From the IMG/VR virus record IMGVR_UViG_3300042249_000005: a DNA stretch of 20,000 nucleotides. One strand, 5' to 3'. The notes beneath the pieces are model-generated. The model ran no database searches and had not been told where the DNA came from. It worked only from the letters and a program-made list of their open reading frames with translations. Every line of letters begins with the position of its first letter. The first letter of the stretch is position 1. Source of the stretch: an uncultured virus (IMG/VR IMGVR_UViG_3300042249_000005) (lineage: Duplodnaviria; Heunggongvirae; Uroviricota; Caudoviricetes). A program made the position numbers and the translations under genes. Below are positions 17,463 through 20,000 of the stretch, piece after piece.

Positions 17463-17482
17463 TCGGCACACAAGCGGCACAC
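17463..17482 (+). repeat. Right integrase arm-type sites, CGGCACACAA (17464-17473) and CGGCACAC (17475-17482)
   Basis: Direct repeat of the left pair, 5 bp from the int stop codon. Confidence 0.85.
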
Positions 17483-17487
17483 GGCGA

Positions 17488-18702
17488 TCACTCTGATTCA
17501 GGCAGCCTGAATTGGTATTCCTGATGCCTTGATGCGGCCAGCTTCACCGCTTTGGCGTAGTGCTTTTCGAGCATGGCAAGACTGGTATGCCCGGCCTGTT
17601 GTGCAACCCAGGTCAGCGGCTTGCCGGTGGCGATCATCAAGCTGCAGAAGGTGTGCCGCGTCTGCTTCGGTGATCTGTGCTTGCGCGATATCCCAGCCTT
17701 CTCAAGATACCGATCCCAGAAGCTGCGTATGTAGGTCCGCGTCATCCAGTAGTATTGGCTCTTTGCCATATTATAGATGGGCGGGAACACATAGGGACAG
17801 CCGGGCAGGGTAAATTCCTGCTGTGCGATCAGTGCCTGTCTGGCCGGGCCTGTCAAATCAACGATTCGATCCTCCCCAGTCTTGGTGGTTTTCAGAAACT
17901 CCCGGTTGTTGGCAATACCAACGGCTCTACGGACGTGAACCGTACCAGCCTCCAGGTCTACGTCATCCCAGCGCAAAACGCGCCCCTCCTGCAGCCTCAA
18001 GCCCGAGAAGAACATAAACTGCAGGTAGTTTCTCAGGGCAGGCTTATCGACTACCGACAGCAGCCGATACACTTCATCTTCACTGAGCGGGTTAATCTCC
18101 TCCTTCCGTTGCTGTGTGGTTTTCTGACCCAGATAATCAGCAGGGCGGACGTGCTCGAACGGGTGTTTCTCCAGCACGCCATCCGCCACCGCTGCCCGGA
18201 CCACCGGATTTATTAACGACAGCAGTAACTGCCCGTAATTGAGCGCGAAGCTGGATCGCTTCAGCCAATTCTGGATATGCCGCCCAGACAGCTCGCCCAA
18301 TGTAATGCCCTGAAACTCGGGATAGATATGCAGGTTAAACTGCTTCATCCGTTCGCTGTAGGTGGATTCGGCCCAGCCGTACCGCCCGGTCAGCTTGCGC
18401 TTGCGCTTCATGTACTCCAGCACGGCATCGGTCAGCAGCTGGTTTGCCGGGTCTGCAGTATCGAAGCGCTCAAAGTGATTGTCAGGCTGGAACACGCCCA
18501 TTTGAATTTCAAGGCGGATCTGTTCCAGCTTGCGGTTGGCTGCGCGGATATTGTTTGCGGTAGGCGGGACGTTGAGTGAATACCGGTAACGCTTGCCTTT
18601 GAAGGTGTAGCCGATCTGGATGATCTGATTACCGGCCTGAGTGGTGCGGATTGTTACGCCGCGGATCGGCGCCTCCGTGCGGCTGTTTTGTTTTCTAACC
18701 AT
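17488..18702 (-). CDS. int: Phage tyrosine integrase with N-terminal arm-binding domain (DUF3596/Arm-DNA-bind_2-like), 404 aa
   Basis: Catalytic R (FSGLRLQE), K (KTTKTG), PKQTRHT, QAGH, Y (EKHYAK); N-terminal IQIGYTFKGKRYRYSL...PTANNIRAA. Confidence 0.96.
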   Translation of the reverse strand: MVRKQNSRTEAPIRGVTIRTTQAGNQIIQIGYTFKGKRYRYSLNVPPTANNIRAANRKLEQIRLEIQMGVFQPDNHFERFDTADPANQLLTDAVLEYMKRKRKLTGRYGWAESTYSERMKQFNLHIYPEFQGITLGELSGRHIQNWLKRSSFALNYGQLLLSLINPVVRAAVADGVLEKHPFEHVRPADYLGQKTTQQRKEEINPLSEDEVYRLLSVVDKPALRNYLQFMFFSGLRLQEGRVLRWDDVDLEAGTVHVRRAVGIANNREFLKTTKTGEDRIVDLTGPARQALIAQQEFTLPGCPYVFPPIYNMAKSQYYWMTRTYIRSFWDRYLEKAGISRKHRSPKQTRHTFCSLMIATGKPLTWVAQQAGHTSLAMLEKHYAKAVKLAASRHQEYQFRLPESE

Positions 18703-18857
18703 GATGACATTGCCCTCACGTTTACCCAGACGCGACCGCTCTTGTCGAGCCGGTAATGTTTGTCCTCAAGCAGTTCGCCTGATTCTCTCAATCTGTACCA
18801 GGTTGAACGGGATTCACCCGTCTGGCTCAGGTATGTTTGCAGTCGTACCCATTCCAT
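18654..18857 (-). CDS. xis: Excisionase / recombination directionality factor, 67 aa
   Basis: Small basic winged-HTH pattern (WVRLQTYLSQTGESRSTWY...GRVWVNVRAMSSWL), SD GGAGGA, overlaps the int start by 49 bp. Confidence 0.85.
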   Translation of the reverse strand: MEWVRLQTYLSQTGESRSTWYRLRESGELLEDKHYRLDKSGRVWVNVRAMSSWLENKTAARRRRSAA

Positions 18858-18858
18858 A

Positions 18859-18987
18859 CTATGTCCTCCGGTTAATCTGCCGTGACACCGCTCGCCAGTC
18901 CCAATACTGCGGCTGTGCAGGCCGGGTCTGTGCGGGTTTTGGTGTGTGCTTGCACCACTTCAGTTGGCGGGTGATTTTGTCGTTCAC
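18859..18987 (-). CDS. Hypothetical phage protein, 42 aa (MNDKITRQLKW...)
   Basis: GTG at 18987 overlaps the upstream TAG, with SD GAGGGG; fills the gap to xis. The track start at 19047 is probably too long. Confidence 0.55.
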   Translation of the reverse strand: MNDKITRQLKWCKHTPKPAQTRPAQPQYWDWRAVSRQINRRT

Positions 18988-19253
18988 TACGCACCCCTCA
19001 CTGCCTTCCTTCCGGCGTTTCCCAGCTGATCTGCGTGCCTGTCGCACATAGCGGCATGCCCATCATCGCCAATGGCTCGAAATTGTTTTGCCGCCTCTCG
19101 TAGCATGTCGGTAGCGCCTGAAGCTGCTTTTTTCATCCGCATCACATCATTCTCAAAAGCGATTTTCTCTTTAAGCCATAGCGTCTTTTCGCGCTCGTAC
19201 TGCTCTTTGTATGCCACGTTTGGCATATCACCGTTTCGACTCCTATCCAGCAT
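18987..19253 (-). CDS. Hypothetical phage protein, 88 aa (alternative coupled start at 19286)
   Basis: Strong SD AAGGAGG (19267-19261) 7 nt before the ATG at 19253; helical composition. Confidence 0.7.
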   Translation of the reverse strand: MLDRSRNGDMPNVAYKEQYEREKTLWLKEKIAFENDVMRMKKAASGATDMLREAAKQFRAIGDDGHAAMCDRHADQLGNAGRKAVRGA

Positions 19254-19282
19254 TTCCACGCCTCCTTCGCCTAACAACAAAT

Positions 19283-19744
19283 TCATGAGTGGCCGAACGC
19301 ATACATCGAATCAATCAGCCGGTCATCCTCATCCTCACCCCGCGCAGCTTTCCATCCGGCGTTGCTGCCTTCTATCCATGCCGCCTTCGTCATCTCATGC
19401 GCGGCCCTGAGTGCTTCGGCCATCTGCTTGACGTGCTCCACCAGCGAAGGGAAGTCGCCGTCATGCTCGGCTGCAATACGTACCTGACTCAGGTAGGTCA
19501 TGACCTGGCGTTCGTCCAGTCTGGAGCGTTTCAGCTCACCATTCAGAAACTCATTGTGCTTCTGTAGGCTTTCGACTTCGGCGGTCAACCGCTCCACATC
19601 GGCCTGCAGCCGCTCGTTTTCTTCCTGCAGATTCTCAGTGCAGTAATCGGCAAAAAACTTGGCGCTGGCAGTGGTGACGTACTTGCCGTTACTGCCGTCC
19701 GGGAACTCGATGAACTCCTCAAACGCTTTATCTATATCCATCAT
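19283..19744 (-). CDS. Phage coiled-coil protein, 153 aa, Ead/Ea22-like architecture
   Basis: ATG at 19744 with SD GAGGA and ATGA overlap; heptads LQEENERLQADVERLTAEVESLQKHNEFLNGEL; position upstream of xis. Confidence 0.72.
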   Translation of the reverse strand: MMDIDKAFEEFIEFPDGSNGKYVTTASAKFFADYCTENLQEENERLQADVERLTAEVESLQKHNEFLNGELKRSRLDERQVMTYLSQVRIAAEHDGDFPSLVEHVKQMAEALRAAHEMTKAAWIEGSNAGWKAARGEDEDDRLIDSMYAFGHS

Positions 19745-19902
19745 CGCTCGATCCTCACAAAGCCTGTGCATTTCACAATCACTTCCTCGCCGTCCTTTTG
19801 CATTGGCGGCATGGATTCAAAGTCTCGCCAACTGCAGTCGGCGTCACGGTGCTTGCAGGCGGAGCATCTTCCGCCTTTGGGGTATGTCTTTGGCTGATTC
19901 AC
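19741..19902 (-). CDS. Small four-cysteine phage protein, 53 aa, putative Zn-binding (below ORF-track cutoff)
   Basis: Hand translation MNQPKTYPKGGRCSACKHRDADCSWRDFESMPPMQKDGEEVIVKCTGFVRIER; GTGA and ATGA overlaps at the two ends. Confidence 0.78.
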   Translation of the reverse strand: MNQPKTYPKGGRCSACKHRDADCSWRDFESMPPMQKDGEEVIVKCTGFVRIER

Positions 19903-20000
19903 GCCACCGCCCTCACTGTTTCCGACACGCCAAACTCGGTGCGCAGCACATACTTGATCTGGTCTATCTCCCGTCTGAATGCCTGCTCAATACCGGCGCG
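19899..20000 (-). CDS. 3' end of an upstream phage gene (partial)
   Basis: Open frame ...RAGIEQAFRREIDQIKYVLRTEFGVSETVRAVA*; its TGA overlaps the next GTG. Confidence 0.6.
   Translation of the reverse strand, partial: RAGIEQAFRREIDQIKYVLRTEFGVSETVRAVA

Larger units (their letters stand above)
17267..17482. other. Putative attP site
   Basis: AT-rich region just downstream of int, flanked by paired arm-type repeats, with two IHF-like sites and three 10-bp direct repeats. Core probably within 17317..17372. Confidence 0.82.
1..20000. mobile_element. Temperate phage genome segment: end of the virion/ejection-protein operon, attP, int-xis and small early genes
   Basis: Tyrosine integrase plus excisionase, att-like intergenic region, giant polyvalent protein, and tightly coupled small ORFs (ATGA/GTGA overlaps). 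No host housekeeping genes seen. Confidence 0.92.

Noticed and set aside
17431..17482. Short repeats as a possible CRISPR array or iterons
   Set aside because: Units are 8-10 bp with no unique spacers and no cas or rep gene; better explained as att sites.

Overview
The whole window is part of a temperate phage genome. On the + strand, the 3' end of a probable virion/ejection gene (1..321) is coupled (TAATG) to a 16.7-kb gene (321..17021, 5566 aa) encoding a large polyvalent protein. That protein contains a DdrB-like ParB domain, a DarB-like N6-adenine methyltransferase plus SF2/SNF2 helicase, up to three ADP-ribosyltransferase-fold modules, an HExxH metallopeptidase and a large C-terminal domain. 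The C-terminal modules are separated by repeated F-S/R-R/Q linker motifs. On the - strand, a coupled run of small phage genes leads into xis and a tyrosine integrase (17488..18702). Between the two arms lies an apparently intact attP (arm repeats on both sides, IHF-like sites, Xis-type repeats), which suggests the excised or virion form. Best finds: (1) a probable hidden 118-aa gene (6130..6486) overprinted in the +1 frame of the giant gene, with its own Shine-Dalgarno, in the linker just before the methyltransferase; (2) an unannotated membrane-protein gene beside attP (17022..17231, -) broken by one in-frame amber codon; (3) the linker-delimited cassette array of ART/peptidase modules, with a strong internal in-frame start. 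All family calls come from motif recognition by eye; no searches were run.
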